A stretch of 64,000 bases of DNA from positions 44,292 through 108,291 of the IMG/VR virus record IMGVR_UViG_3300044612_001255; one strand, given 5' to 3'. The DNA comes from a virus. The translations under genes and the position numbers were made by a program. Shown here one piece after another: positions 1 through 8,508 of this stretch. How positions within the stretch are numbered: position 1 is the first letter of the stretch; each line of letters begins with the position of its first letter. A model generated the notes under the pieces. It worked only from the letters and a program-made list of their open reading frames with translations, was not told the DNA's origin and ran no database searches.

Positions 1-99
1 ACCTATGTATCTATTAAGACGATGAAATCCCATAGGAATACCATTATTCCTACCATTTAAACCATTGTCTACTTCTCTTTTAAGTGCTTCAAAACTCAT
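1..99 (-). CDS. DnaB-like replicative helicase, N-terminus (runs off window)
   Basis: Manual translation MSFEALKREVDNGLNGRNNGIPMGFHRLNRYIG matches the DnaB 'GIPTGFxxLDxxxG' motif. Its ATG overlaps the upstream TGA (ATGA at 96-99). Confidence 0.7.
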   Translation of the reverse strand, partial: MSFEALKREVDNGLNGRNNGIPMGFHRLNRYIG

Positions 100-719
100 A
101 TGTCCACTGATCTTTTTGTTTGTGCGTTAGGTACTTCTACTCCTGTTTTAATCATTTCTATAAACGGCTCAAAACTTCTCTGTACAAGATAGGTGAAACT
201 ATTTTGCAAGAAACTGAGCTTATTATCACCACTTCGTATAGAAGCTTCCTTCTTTAGATATACATCTAGATTGGTAGCATCAACAATGTCCTGTGCAACA
301 TATTCCCCTTCAGCAAGAATCTTATTGAATTTGATTCTACAATCCTCTCTAGATCTCTTTAAAGCTCTTGACCCAGGAAACTTCTTTCCTTTATGCTCAA
401 AGTTATCTGTAGATGGAAATGCATTCCACCAGCTTTCAAAGTCTGATGATTTTTGCTTTAGTTTCTTCATAGGTTCTTTCACCTCTGAATCAGCAAATGT
501 TAACAACTCTCTTCCTATGTGTGTAATCTCTTGAGTTACATCAGAGACAAGACCTTTCCTGACTAAAGACTGGTAGAGGCCAGCTATCTTCATACTTCCA
601 TCTGTTAATGGTTGTATGTCAATATTGGCCTCTACAAGCTTTAATAAGAAAATGTGATCTAGACTATAGGATTGTTTGAGAAGTTGTTCAAAATGGGAGG
701 GTGTCACATTGAACTTCAT
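96..719 (-). CDS. putative replication initiator / helicase loader
   Basis: N-terminal wHTH-like region and 'FESWWNAFP' resembling the F..FW..YP motif of phage replication proteins. Translationally coupled to the DnaB-like gene. Confidence 0.5.
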   Translation of the reverse strand: MKFNVTPSHFEQLLKQSYSLDHIFLLKLVEANIDIQPLTDGSMKIAGLYQSLVRKGLVSDVTQEITHIGRELLTFADSEVKEPMKKLKQKSSDFESWWNAFPSTDNFEHKGKKFPGSRALKRSREDCRIKFNKILAEGEYVAQDIVDATNLDVYLKKEASIRSGDNKLSFLQNSFTYLVQRSFEPFIEMIKTGVEVPNAQTKRSVDI

Positions 720-867
720 TGTTCTTCTTCTCTGTAGTTAGGATGATTTTTGCAGGTTTTCTTTTCTCATACTCGTGGTTTGCTTGTTCCACTTCTTCTA
801 TCTTCTGCAATCGTATAATAGCAGCTTCTCTAACATGTTCGTGTTCGTAATCTTCGTTTGTGTTCAT
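688..867 (-). CDS. small hypothetical protein (59 aa)
   Basis: Manual translation MNTNEDYEHEHVREAAIIRLQKIEEVEQ...VQCDTLPF. Fills the gap in the operon. Confidence 0.55.
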   Translation of the reverse strand: MNTNEDYEHEHVREAAIIRLQKIEEVEQANHEYEKRKPAKIILTTEKKNNEVQCDTLPF

Positions 868-959
868 CGTTTTCTATCATGTTTAATTATAAATTCTACT
901 AATGCAATTAATAATGCAGTACTAAACAAAAAATAGATTAGAAGAAAACCAGCCATTAC

Positions 960-1466
960 TCAAAGTGTTAGAAGTCCAAAGTTTTTATCAAAGAACTCGT
1001 ATGTTTCACGAGCTTTTGCACCGTTGAATCTAAAAACTTTTTTCAATATTCCAAGGGCATAGCTCTTGAATATTTCTTTTTGCTTCTTAGTTAGTTTCCA
1101 TTCTTTCTTCCATGATTGTTCTGTAACAGTGTTTGCCATTGTTTTACCAATAATATTGAACTGGTATTCCAGAAGATGTTCTGAAACATTTGTTCTATTT
1201 ATTGGAGGATGTGGAACATGTGTGAATTTTAAAAGCCTCACTTGGTTTTTAAACTCATCCACTTCCCAAACATCAATCATAGCATTTTCCTTAATAGGCA
1301 TTAACTTAATTGTGTCTGGCTTAGAATATATCACTACATGCACTACACCATACAGATCAAAGTATCTACTACCTCTTGCTATTGGAATCTTCATTGATCT
1401 TAAATGTACAGGAATAAAGTTAACAGGAGGTAGTGTTTCTATTTGTGTGTAAGATTTTTCTTCCAT
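960..1466 (-). CDS. hypothetical protein
   Basis: 168-aa ORF starting 2 nt after the polB stop. Confidence 0.75.
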   Translation of the reverse strand: MEEKSYTQIETLPPVNFIPVHLRSMKIPIARGSRYFDLYGVVHVVIYSKPDTIKLMPIKENAMIDVWEVDEFKNQVRLLKFTHVPHPPINRTNVSEHLLEYQFNIIGKTMANTVTEQSWKKEWKLTKKQKEIFKSYALGILKKVFRFNGAKARETYEFFDKNFGLLTL

Positions 1467-1468
1467 AA

Positions 1469-3436
1469 TTAAAATAAAGAAATTTGGTTAGGTATTCTTT
1501 CTACTTTCCGTTTCTTACCTTTTGTAACAATCTTCAGCACAAGACTTTCAGCCTTATCAATGTAATACTGATAATTGATATTCATTGATTTGACATCTGT
1601 ATTTGCAGGAAGATAGTTTACCACCTTGCACAACCAATCACCAGCCTCCACTTGAGAGCTGCTTGGTGCAGTTGAATCTGATTCTTGGTTCTTGATTTTC
1701 AATAGCTTCTCACCATCACCACCACTTGTTATGTAGTAGCGAATAAGCTTATTGTATACAGATGGTTCCATGCCTTTTCTATAACCTTCATAGTGAAAAT
1801 CACTTGTTGATTTCTGTCTTATGCAAAAATCATAAGGACTTCTATGAAGAAGAATAGTTTCAGCAATATCAATACCGTCAACAAAGTAACGCTCAAGAGC
1901 AAGAGGCACAATTCTGGCGGACTTGTTTTTATGAAGTTCGAAATCCGTGAGAAAATCCCCTTTCTTTTTAATTTCTCCATCTGTTTTGATTGCTAAATAG
2001 TCATTAACTGTTGAGAATATAATCTTCTTGTAATCAGCTCTTTCAAGCTCATATCCTGTAATCTTACACCACCAAGCATTAATCTTATCCATCTCAGCTA
2101 GTTTGCTTTTGTGGATTTGGATTGTAACACCATCAGTGTTTGCTGATATGACACGTATTTCTTTAGCTTCATACGCTTCAATGAGCATCATCAAGGACAA
2201 TTCTCCCGTAATAGTTGTAAACATAGTTAGTTGTCTATCATATATCCAACTATTCATGTCACTAGATTTACCATACACAGAGTTTACAGCAAGCTTCAAC
2301 GCACCAACAATACCTCTAATCTTCTTATCCTTCTTTGCAAAAGGCTTTAGTTCAAGACGCTTCTCATACATCTTTTTATAGCCTGTAAGAAACTCTTTAC
2401 CTAAATGATATGGATACTGTTTGTTGTTGATGATAATGGCAGGATAGTAGCTAGAAACGTCCCAGTCAATGATGAGATGATCTTCATCCTCCTCAAACAC
2501 TTCTGGTTTGTTTTCTGTGTGCAATCCACCCTTCATAAACGAATACACATTGTCATAAAAGTGTATGTGTTCTTTGAAATCATCTGTAAGCTCTAGACGC
2601 ATCTTCTTAATTTTCTTAAGAAACTCTGTGAGCTGAACAGTCTTGAACTGTACGTAAGTAGCTACACATTGGCTGATGAAGATGTATTTTCTAAAGTGAC
2701 CTTTTCTAGGAAGTGTTTTGATATCTATCTTCTTCTCTTCACAATAGTATTTCTTGATGATCTCATCACCAATCTTACTATCTGAATAGTTTATACATGG
2801 AATGTCAAACTCTTTCTCTATGTCAAGTCTCAATTGAACTTGATCATTACCCTTGTACAATGGATGTTCCGTTTCACCTATGGTTACTTTGTAGAATTCA
2901 TAAGTGGCCATAACATCATTCTTACAATACTGACGTGTGAGCTTTCTATCATCTAGAGTCATTCCCACCTTTGTGTGATGAATTGGCATCTCTTCAATGT
3001 TCTCAAGATCCATTTCAAACTCTAGTCTCTTTAGACTAACACGTCTATTCTTATTGTCAAAGTGATGTATCTTAAACAAATCAATCTGCTTTAGAGATAG
3101 TTCTTCTTCTCTGTATTCAGCAAACACATCATAATTAGCATCATGAATAACATCCTGTGCTTTCTGAGCAATCATACCTGCTACATCTAGATTAGATTTC
3201 TCTCCCCAGTCATGGCACTTTCTCAAGATCCATTCAACAACTTGGCAGTCAAATCTTAGATTGTTGTAGCCCACCCAATAGAAGTCTTTATACTTCTCTG
3301 AGAACTCTACAAACTTATCTAGATCGTATTTGCTTTTGCTCACTTCAAACTCATGATATGTGTCCTCGTGAGGAATATAAATCCCCACGAGAAACATTTC
3401 TTTCAGAGTTTCAATGTCGTAAATTAGAACATTCAT
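1469..3436 (-). CDS. polB: family B DNA polymerase with 3'-5' exonuclease
   Basis: Exo I YDIET, Exo II GYNNLRFD, Exo III YCKNDV. Polymerase motifs DWDVSSYYP, KLAVNSVYGK, SANTDGV. C-terminal QISLF. Confidence 0.93.
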   Translation of the reverse strand: MNVLIYDIETLKEMFLVGIYIPHEDTYHEFEVSKSKYDLDKFVEFSEKYKDFYWVGYNNLRFDCQVVEWILRKCHDWGEKSNLDVAGMIAQKAQDVIHDANYDVFAEYREEELSLKQIDLFKIHHFDNKNRRVSLKRLEFEMDLENIEEMPIHHTKVGMTLDDRKLTRQYCKNDVMATYEFYKVTIGETEHPLYKGNDQVQLRLDIEKEFDIPCINYSDSKIGDEIIKKYYCEEKKIDIKTLPRKGHFRKYIFISQCVATYVQFKTVQLTEFLKKIKKMRLELTDDFKEHIHFYDNVYSFMKGGLHTENKPEVFEEDEDHLIIDWDVSSYYPAIIINNKQYPYHLGKEFLTGYKKMYEKRLELKPFAKKDKKIRGIVGALKLAVNSVYGKSSDMNSWIYDRQLTMFTTITGELSLMMLIEAYEAKEIRVISANTDGVTIQIHKSKLAEMDKINAWWCKITGYELERADYKKIIFSTVNDYLAIKTDGEIKKKGDFLTDFELHKNKSARIVPLALERYFVDGIDIAETILLHRSPYDFCIRQKSTSDFHYEGYRKGMEPSVYNKLIRYYITSGGDGEKLLKIKNQESDSTAPSSSQVEAGDWLCKVVNYLPANTDVKSMNINYQYYIDKAESLVLKIVTKGKKRKVERIPNQISLF

Positions 3437-3501
3437 ATGTTTGATTATACACCATTACTATTGGTTTTAAGTTTTTTCGTTAGTAAAATACACAATTTCA
3501 G

Positions 3502-4020
3502 TTAGTCTTGCAAGTATTCATCCCAATCTTGATCATCATCATATAGATCATCTATGAATTGATATTTCATTATCACTTCTTGGTCTTCTGTAATGGTGTA
3601 GATTGTACCATCTTGATCATAGGCTTGCTCATCAATGAGTATAGATATTTTACCACCATTGTTCTGAATGATCCAGTTCGCATCATCAATATCAAACTCT
3701 CTGATTGAATCGTCATCTTGATGAACCCATCCTATTTCTGGCGAATATGCCACAATTAAATCAGGCTCGTCAGGATTACCCATTTCTAGTGTAACCATTG
3801 GTTCAACAGGAAATCCATTCTTTGCTATAAAATTGTCATATTCTTCTTCAATGATGTCTTCTTCAAGAAGCCACAGTTCGACAAACTCTCTATCAGTTCC
3901 TGGATATAGGCTATTCATAAACCACATACCAGCCAATAAATCCTCAGGTTGGTAGAAGCTAACTTTGAAGTTAGCCTCTAACCACATGAGATGTCTCATA
4001 TCAAATAATGACCCAGCCAT
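3502..4020 (-). CDS. acidic hypothetical protein
   Basis: 172-aa D/E-rich ORF within the operon. Confidence 0.75.
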   Translation of the reverse strand: MAGSLFDMRHLMWLEANFKVSFYQPEDLLAGMWFMNSLYPGTDREFVELWLLEEDIIEEEYDNFIAKNGFPVEPMVTLEMGNPDEPDLIVAYSPEIGWVHQDDDSIREFDIDDANWIIQNNGGKISILIDEQAYDQDGTIYTITEDQEVIMKYQFIDDLYDDDQDWDEYLQD

Positions 4021-4243
4021 TGTCTTTGTCTAGTTTATCTTGAATATCCATCCAATAATTATGACCTTCGTTTGATTTCTCCCAAACAAATGCAGAATAA
4101 AGAAATTCATTCTCGAATACATTCACAGTTGAAGGATCTATTAATACTTCTTGGCTTGCCATATTAGCAAAGAATTTGTCTGCATTGTCCTTGTCTAGAT
4201 ATACATCTGCCCAATGCTTGTAAGTGCTTAGTTGTTTTTCCAT
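4001..4243 (-). CDS. hypothetical protein (AFxWxxSxEGxxYW phage family)
   Basis: 80-aa ORF with SAFVWEKSNEGHNYW. Confidence 0.7.
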   Translation of the reverse strand: MEKQLSTYKHWADVYLDKDNADKFFANMASQEVLIDPSTVNVFENEFLYSAFVWEKSNEGHNYWMDIQDKLDKDNGWVII

Positions 4244-4386
4244 GATGGGTCTGGTTTTCTTGCTTCGTTAAATATGTGATCAAATACTTCATTGAACCCA
4301 TAGGTTCCTTTAATTGTGCTTTTTACACCTGTTGGTGCTAAATCTCCTGGTCTTTCGATTTCTCGTGCTTTAAATAGTTTCATCAT
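4228..4386 (-). CDS. small hypothetical protein (52 aa)
   Basis: Manual translation MMKLFKAREIERPGDLAPTGVKST...DPSWKNN. Overlaps both neighbours. Confidence 0.5.
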   Translation of the reverse strand: MMKLFKAREIERPGDLAPTGVKSTIKGTYGFNEVFDHIFNEARKPDPSWKNN

Positions 4387-4594
4387 CGTTTAACTTTTTA
4401 CGTGCTTTAAAATTTCTCTTTGCTGTTTCCATTGCCTCCACTTCTGTGTCAGCAAACCCTGTATCATACGTCCAATCATCATTGAACCAATACAACCATT
4501 CTCCTACATGTGACTGAAACACTCCTATTGAATCAATTGGAATATCTCTGCCATAAAATAGGCTCTTCGCTTGTTTTCCTAAATAGACTTCCAT
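4370..4594 (-). CDS. hypothetical protein
   Basis: 74-aa ORF from the track. Confidence 0.65.
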   Translation of the reverse strand: MEVYLGKQAKSLFYGRDIPIDSIGVFQSHVGEWLYWFNDDWTYDTGFADTEVEAMETAKRNFKARKKLNDDETI

Positions 4595-4600
4595 AATGCT

Positions 4601-4633
4601 AAAATAAAAATGTCCAGTGATTAAAACTGGACA
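4601..4633 (-). terminator. intrinsic terminator
   Basis: TGTCCAGT-N7-ACTGGACA hairpin followed on the minus strand by TTTTTATTTT, directly after the stop at 4635. Confidence 0.65.
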
Positions 4634-4634
4634 A

Positions 4635-4832
4635 TTATTCTTTTCCTTTTACAATATCCTTGAGTTGATTCCAGATATTCTCTGCATTCTCTCCCCAATA
4701 GTAATCACACTTACCATCCTCAATAGGCGGTTTCATAAACCAAGATTGATAATCACTTGGTTTAGCTGTAAATCTATAACATTTTTCTCTCTGGGGACAA
4801 TTTGTCCCCTTGCACATGGTTATGTCAGGCAT
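4635..4832 (-). CDS. small Cys-containing hypothetical protein
   Basis: MPDITMCKGTNCPQREKCYRF...CDYYW, a putative metal-binding small phage protein. Confidence 0.7.
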   Translation of the reverse strand: MPDITMCKGTNCPQREKCYRFTAKPSDYQSWFMKPPIEDGKCDYYWGENAENIWNQLKDIVKGKE

Positions 4833-5055
4833 CTTTTTCTTGTTTTAAATATTCTTCAAACATATCTTCATCTGTATAATGAAAATATTCTTCTGCTTTT
4901 TCATTCATCCTCATCCACATATAGAAATTAAGCATCTGCTCCTTCTCCATCTCTTTGGCTTCTTCATACCAGTCTAGGAAATCATGCATCTCCTTTGGAC
5001 TTATGTTTAGGTACATCACCTTTGATGCAAATAATTTAACTGCTGTCTGTTTCAT
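4825..5055 (-). CDS. hypothetical protein (MKQTAV...AKEMEKEQ family)
   Basis: 76-aa ORF with a motif recalled from Bacteroidota phages. Confidence 0.7.
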   Translation of the reverse strand: MKQTAVKLFASKVMYLNISPKEMHDFLDWYEEAKEMEKEQMLNFYMWMRMNEKAEEYFHYTDEDMFEEYLKQEKDA

Positions 5056-5204
5056 AACTTATCAATTAGATTTTTTAAGTTCTCATCTGATGGGAAGTTC
5101 TCCTTGTCAGCATTCCAATACTCTAGATACTTGTCTCTGTGTATAGCGTACCATTTTTGTGTGTGTTCATTCCAATGAAACACATAATTCCAAATCTTTT
5201 CCAT
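5052..5204 (-). CDS. small hypothetical protein (50 aa)
   Basis: Manual translation MEKIWNYVFHWNEHTQKWYAIHRDKYLEYWN... with ATGA coupling to the next gene. Confidence 0.6.
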   Translation of the reverse strand: MEKIWNYVFHWNEHTQKWYAIHRDKYLEYWNADKENFPSDENLKNLIDKL

Positions 5205-5282
5205 ATTGTTTTTATTTATAATAAGAAAGGCTACCTGCTAACAACTCACACCCTAATTGCAGGCAGGTAGGGTCCCTTAGCC

Positions 5283-5420
5283 TTGTAGTCAGGACAGGAT
5301 TCGAACCTGCACACACATCTAAGGTTATCTCAATGTGCCATTACTTTTAACAAGTAGTTCCAATGTGCGTCTTCCTATGTACTTCCCGTAATAACAGGGC
5401 ACACTTTCCGCCACCTGACC
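5283..5420 (-). ncRNA. expanded tRNA-like RNA (~138 nt)
   Basis: Acceptor stem GGTCAGG/CCTGACT, TGGCGGAA...AGACGC D-arm and GCAGG-TTCGAAT-CCTGT T-arm. Extra hairpins sit in the D-loop and anticodon region. The 3' end is ACAA, not CCA. Confidence 0.7.
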
Positions 5421-5430
5421 AAATTTACCA

Positions 5431-5634
5431 TTACTCTTCTAAGAATTCAATTTTTGTAGGACTTCCTGTAAGCTTCTTGTATTGTATCTGCGTCACCGCA
5501 GTTTTTGTAGCTTCACCATACGCTTTAACAGCAATCATTGCTGCCTTCAAGTCTTTCGACTGATCATACTTTGCTTTTGCATCGTCACCAATTTGTACAA
5601 GTTTTTCCCTGATTGATAGAATTTTCTGTGCCAT
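5431..5634 (-). CDS. hypothetical protein
   Basis: 67-aa helical ORF. Confidence 0.65.
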   Translation of the reverse strand: MAQKILSIREKLVQIGDDAKAKYDQSKDLKAAMIAVKAYGEATKTAVTQIQYKKLTGSPTKIEFLEE

Positions 5635-5651
5635 AGTTGTTTTTGATTATA

Positions 5652-6197
5652 TTATTTCAAAGCGTTGATATTGATATTATTTTCTTCACAAATTTTTCTT
5701 TTGAATTGAATAAGATTTTTTTGATGCTCGTAAAGTTCATCTGATAATTCAGAAATTGAAATATTTAAAGTGTTAGAAATGTACAATTTTGATAAAGATT
5801 CAACGTGAAGCTTCATTGTTCTCTTTTTATACAAATTGTATTTCTCACGATATTTTAATAAGCATTTGTTTTCTGAAATTTTACGATTCATTATTTTACA
5901 ACAATCACAATAATGATCATTCAATAACTTAACATGATTTTTACAATCATCAGTATTGCAGGATTTATATCCATAATGATTAATCATTAATTGTCCTTTA
6001 CTGTAAACTTTTTCTTTTATTCTAAATACTCTACTATTTGGCCCATAATTTTTTGAACCTTTTTTGAAATGACCTTTGATTAATGATTCTACATAGACTT
6101 TTTTTCCATTTCGAAGAATGTTGTAATTTTTAATAACTACACCATCTTCTCTGATTGAATACTGTTCATTTGTTCCTTCAATGAATTTTGTTTCCAT
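5652..6197 (-). CDS. NUMOD4-like / degenerate homing-endonuclease-like protein
   Basis: N-terminus METKFIEGTNEQYSIREDGVVI resembles NUMOD4. Central Cys cluster. Visibly more AT-rich than neighbours. No clear HNH motif. Confidence 0.45.
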   Translation of the reverse strand: METKFIEGTNEQYSIREDGVVIKNYNILRNGKKVYVESLIKGHFKKGSKNYGPNSRVFRIKEKVYSKGQLMINHYGYKSCNTDDCKNHVKLLNDHYCDCCKIMNRKISENKCLLKYREKYNLYKKRTMKLHVESLSKLYISNTLNISISELSDELYEHQKNLIQFKRKICEENNININALK

Positions 6198-6232
6198 GAT
6201 CTTTTGATTTTATGATTGTAAACATGAAAATG

Positions 6233-6263
6233 AAAAGAGTCTAATCAATGACTAGACTCTTTT
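6233..6263. terminator. bidirectional-type intrinsic terminator
   Basis: AAAAGAGTCTA-N9-TAGACTCTTTT inverted repeat in intergenic DNA. Confidence 0.6.
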
Positions 6264-6310
6264 ACCACTGGAAAGCACTGGCGACTTAGTTTAACATCAA
6301 ACCCTATTTA

Positions 6311-6454
6311 CTATCCTACTAATAAACGCTTCTTAAGCTGATAATACACTTGTGTAGGCTTTTTATTCATGTGCCAAGCCATCTCTTTAATTGTTAGCTT
6401 ATCTCGCCACAATTCTATGAGAGTGTCTACTTCTTCTTCTGTGAATACGCTCAT
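6311..6454 (-). CDS. small helix-turn-helix protein (47 aa)
   Basis: Manual translation MSVFTEEEVDTLIELWRDKLTIKEMAWHMNKKPTQVYYQLKKRLLVG, a Myb/GcrA-like HTH pattern. Confidence 0.65.
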   Translation of the reverse strand: MSVFTEEEVDTLIELWRDKLTIKEMAWHMNKKPTQVYYQLKKRLLVG

Positions 6455-6458
6455 AATT

Positions 6459-6626
6459 CTATTCATAATAGCCCCATTGGATTAGTTTATCCTCTGGGGC
6501 TGTAACATGATATAAATCTTTAACTGGTTTTACATTAAATTTGACATTGAACTTGTCAGCAATAGCTCTAAAGTTCTCGATCTCCTCCTCTGTTAGTTTT
6601 ATTGTTTTGGTCTTTACGGGGCTCAT
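6459..6626 (-). CDS. small hypothetical protein (55 aa)
   Basis: Manual translation MSPVKTKTIKLTEEEIENFRAIADKFNV... Confidence 0.5.
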   Translation of the reverse strand: MSPVKTKTIKLTEEEIENFRAIADKFNVKFNVKPVKDLYHVTAPEDKLIQWGYYE

Positions 6627-6822
6627 ACATGTATATTGTTAATAGAATCACTGATGACGCTATTACATGAGCCAGAAAGCCAAGAGATGGATGGAGAGTT
6701 ATTGTTCTCCATGTGATTATCATTGCTAGTGTGATCATGTAATACACAAATATGTAAAACGCTAAGATCAATGCAATAAAACTTATCATATTTTTCATAT
6801 GTTCTTTCAGTTGAGGCTTCAT
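6568..6822 (-). CDS. small membrane protein
   Basis: Two hydrophobic segments. Confidence 0.6.
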   Translation of the reverse strand: MKPQLKEHMKNMISFIALILAFYIFVYYMITLAMIITWRTITLHPSLGFLAHVIASSVILLTIYMYEPRKDQNNKTNRGGDREL

Positions 6823-7082
6823 AACCTAAATTTATTCATGAGCATTTCAATTAAATCTGATCTAGTAGTCTTAGTATTTCTAATCTCCACTTCATCACTA
6901 ACCACCTTGTAAATTACTTCACTTCGATGTCTGATATTACTATACCATCTGTTTGTTACAACTAATGGTGTTATCCCAGTAATATCACTTACACGTTTGA
7001 ATGCGTATGTAAGATTAGTAGGATAGAGCTTCACCATTGTAATGATGATTCTGTCGAGTTGTTCCTTGTTTTTAACTTTCAT
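6819..7082 (-). CDS. hypothetical protein (possible HTH)
   Basis: 87 aa. AFKRVSDITGITPLVVTNRWY is HTH-like. ATGA-coupled on both sides. Confidence 0.65.
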   Translation of the reverse strand: MKVKNKEQLDRIIITMVKLYPTNLTYAFKRVSDITGITPLVVTNRWYSNIRHRSEVIYKVVSDEVEIRNTKTTRSDLIEMLMNKFRL

Positions 7083-7807
7083 GATTGTAACCAGTTAATA
7101 AATGTGCTTTCAAATGAATCCAAACTTAGTTTACTAATCTTATGGCAGTATTTTGCATAAGCTTCTGTAAATTTCTCTCTGTCGAAGATCTCTAAGGCCA
7201 TCACTACATTCAATGATAGCACCATTCTGTTAGATAGTGGTTTATACTTAGATAGTTCACCAGCATAACTAAATACTTCGTTAGCCTCTTTCAATCTTGT
7301 TATCTTGAAATTACCTTTCTTGATATTTTCAGACTGTGCATTTTTACTAACAGAAGAAAGTATCATTGCAACAGCAGTGATAGAATAAGGAGTTTTAGAT
7401 TTGATCTGTATTAAATCTAAATATTCCTTCTTACCAACATGAGCATATGATCTAATATAGTCCATGTTAATCCAAGCTTTCTGACTGTTGTTAAGACTTG
7501 ACACATATTCAACAAGTCCTTCAACATTTGAAAACCTGTTATCTAGAATAACACCATGAAATGGAATATTCAAATAAAGAGCTGTAATTGCTCTATTGTG
7601 TCCATCTACAATGTAAATTCTTTCAAATCCATCAAGTAGATTAGTCTTAATCATTAAAATGGGGACTGTAAATCCCCATTTGTTCATACTTTCAACTAAG
7701 TCTTTTCTAACCTTTGCATCTCTATTAAAAGGCATGCTATTTACTTTCTTATCAAATTCTTGTCTTGATGAGAAACTGACTAAAACTGCATTTTTCATGG
7801 CTATCAA
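7079..7807 (-). CDS. ParB/Srx-like N-terminal domain protein
   Basis: LVESMNKWGFTVPI...YIVDGHNRAITA, followed by SLNNSQKAW. Confidence 0.8.
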   Translation of the reverse strand: MIAMKNAVLVSFSSRQEFDKKVNSMPFNRDAKVRKDLVESMNKWGFTVPILMIKTNLLDGFERIYIVDGHNRAITALYLNIPFHGVILDNRFSNVEGLVEYVSSLNNSQKAWINMDYIRSYAHVGKKEYLDLIQIKSKTPYSITAVAMILSSVSKNAQSENIKKGNFKITRLKEANEVFSYAGELSKYKPLSNRMVLSLNVVMALEIFDREKFTEAYAKYCHKISKLSLDSFESTFINWLQS

Positions 7808-8079
7808 GAGTTAAAGAGTAAATCAAAATGATTAACCACTTCATTCATTGTATCCCATTTGTAAACGAAATGAGATCCAACTTCCTGATGTACACTAATA
7901 GATAAAGGAATGAATGTACGTGTTAGAAAAACTTCTCCTCTCATAGCTTCAAACTCATCTTCTCCTGGATAGGAAAAGTAAAACGTGTTCTCGTGATCTG
8001 TAATCACAATGAACTTCTTTGCTGCATCAGGTGTATTGATGTCCATCAACACGTCTGCGATTGTTGTGTGTGCTTTCAT
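7804..8079 (-). CDS. hypothetical protein
   Basis: 91-aa ORF, ATGA-coupled to the ParB-like gene. Confidence 0.65.
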   Translation of the reverse strand: MKAHTTIADVLMDINTPDAAKKFIVITDHENTFYFSYPGEDEFEAMRGEVFLTRTFIPLSISVHQEVGSHFVYKWDTMNEVVNHFDLLFNS

Positions 8080-8180
8080 GTGCGTTTTTGCTTTAATTGT
8101 TTGTTTATTTGCTTTGATTTTTACTTAATGCTATATAATTGAGCAGTTTATTCTGATGCTCAGCAGACGCACAAATCACG

Positions 8181-8309
8181 TTAGAATATGATTTGTGGAT
8201 ATTGCTTAATAAACTCAATCCACCACACAATAAGTGCGCAGATTAAAATCCCTAACATGCTATAGAATACTATTGCATAGCTAAACTCTTTTTTAGTTAA
8301 TCTTTTCAT
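8181..8309 (-). CDS. small single-pass membrane peptide (42 aa)
   Basis: Manual translation MKRLTKKEFSYAIVFYSMLGILICALIVWWIEFIKQYPQIIF. Confidence 0.5.
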   Translation of the reverse strand: MKRLTKKEFSYAIVFYSMLGILICALIVWWIEFIKQYPQIIF

Positions 8310-8324
8310 GTGCGTTTGATTAAA

Positions 8325-8508
8325 TTAATCCTCTAATTCTCCAAATAACTCTCTCCATTCTACTGGATGAATACCAGATATGATAAACTCACGTTCATCA
8401 ACAGACAAATGAGGAAATGCATCTTGAGCAAGTCCTGATATGCCATCAACAAAATCATTCAACCTGATAAGTCTTACCAGATATAATACTCTGTTTTTCA
8501 ATTATCAT
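8325..8508 (-). pseudogene. frameshifted small phage gene
   Basis: MIIEKQSIISGKTYQVE* continues in another frame as LNDFVDGISGLAQDAFPHLSVDEREFIISGIHPVEWRELFGELED*. Confidence 0.6.

Noticed and set aside
688-711. DTLPF C-terminus as an SSB-tail mimic
   Set aside because: The segment overlaps the start of the 96-719 gene in another frame and is only weakly acidic, so coincidence is likely.
5330-5375. Assigning an anticodon (e.g. TAA/Leu or TTA suppressor) to the tRNA-like RNA
   Set aside because: The TACTT-GTTAA-AAGTA hairpin is not in canonical anticodon geometry, so no amino acid can be supported.
6470-6501. AGCCCCA/TGGGGCT hairpin as terminator
   Set aside because: It lies inside the probable 6459-6626 CDS and has no U-tract.
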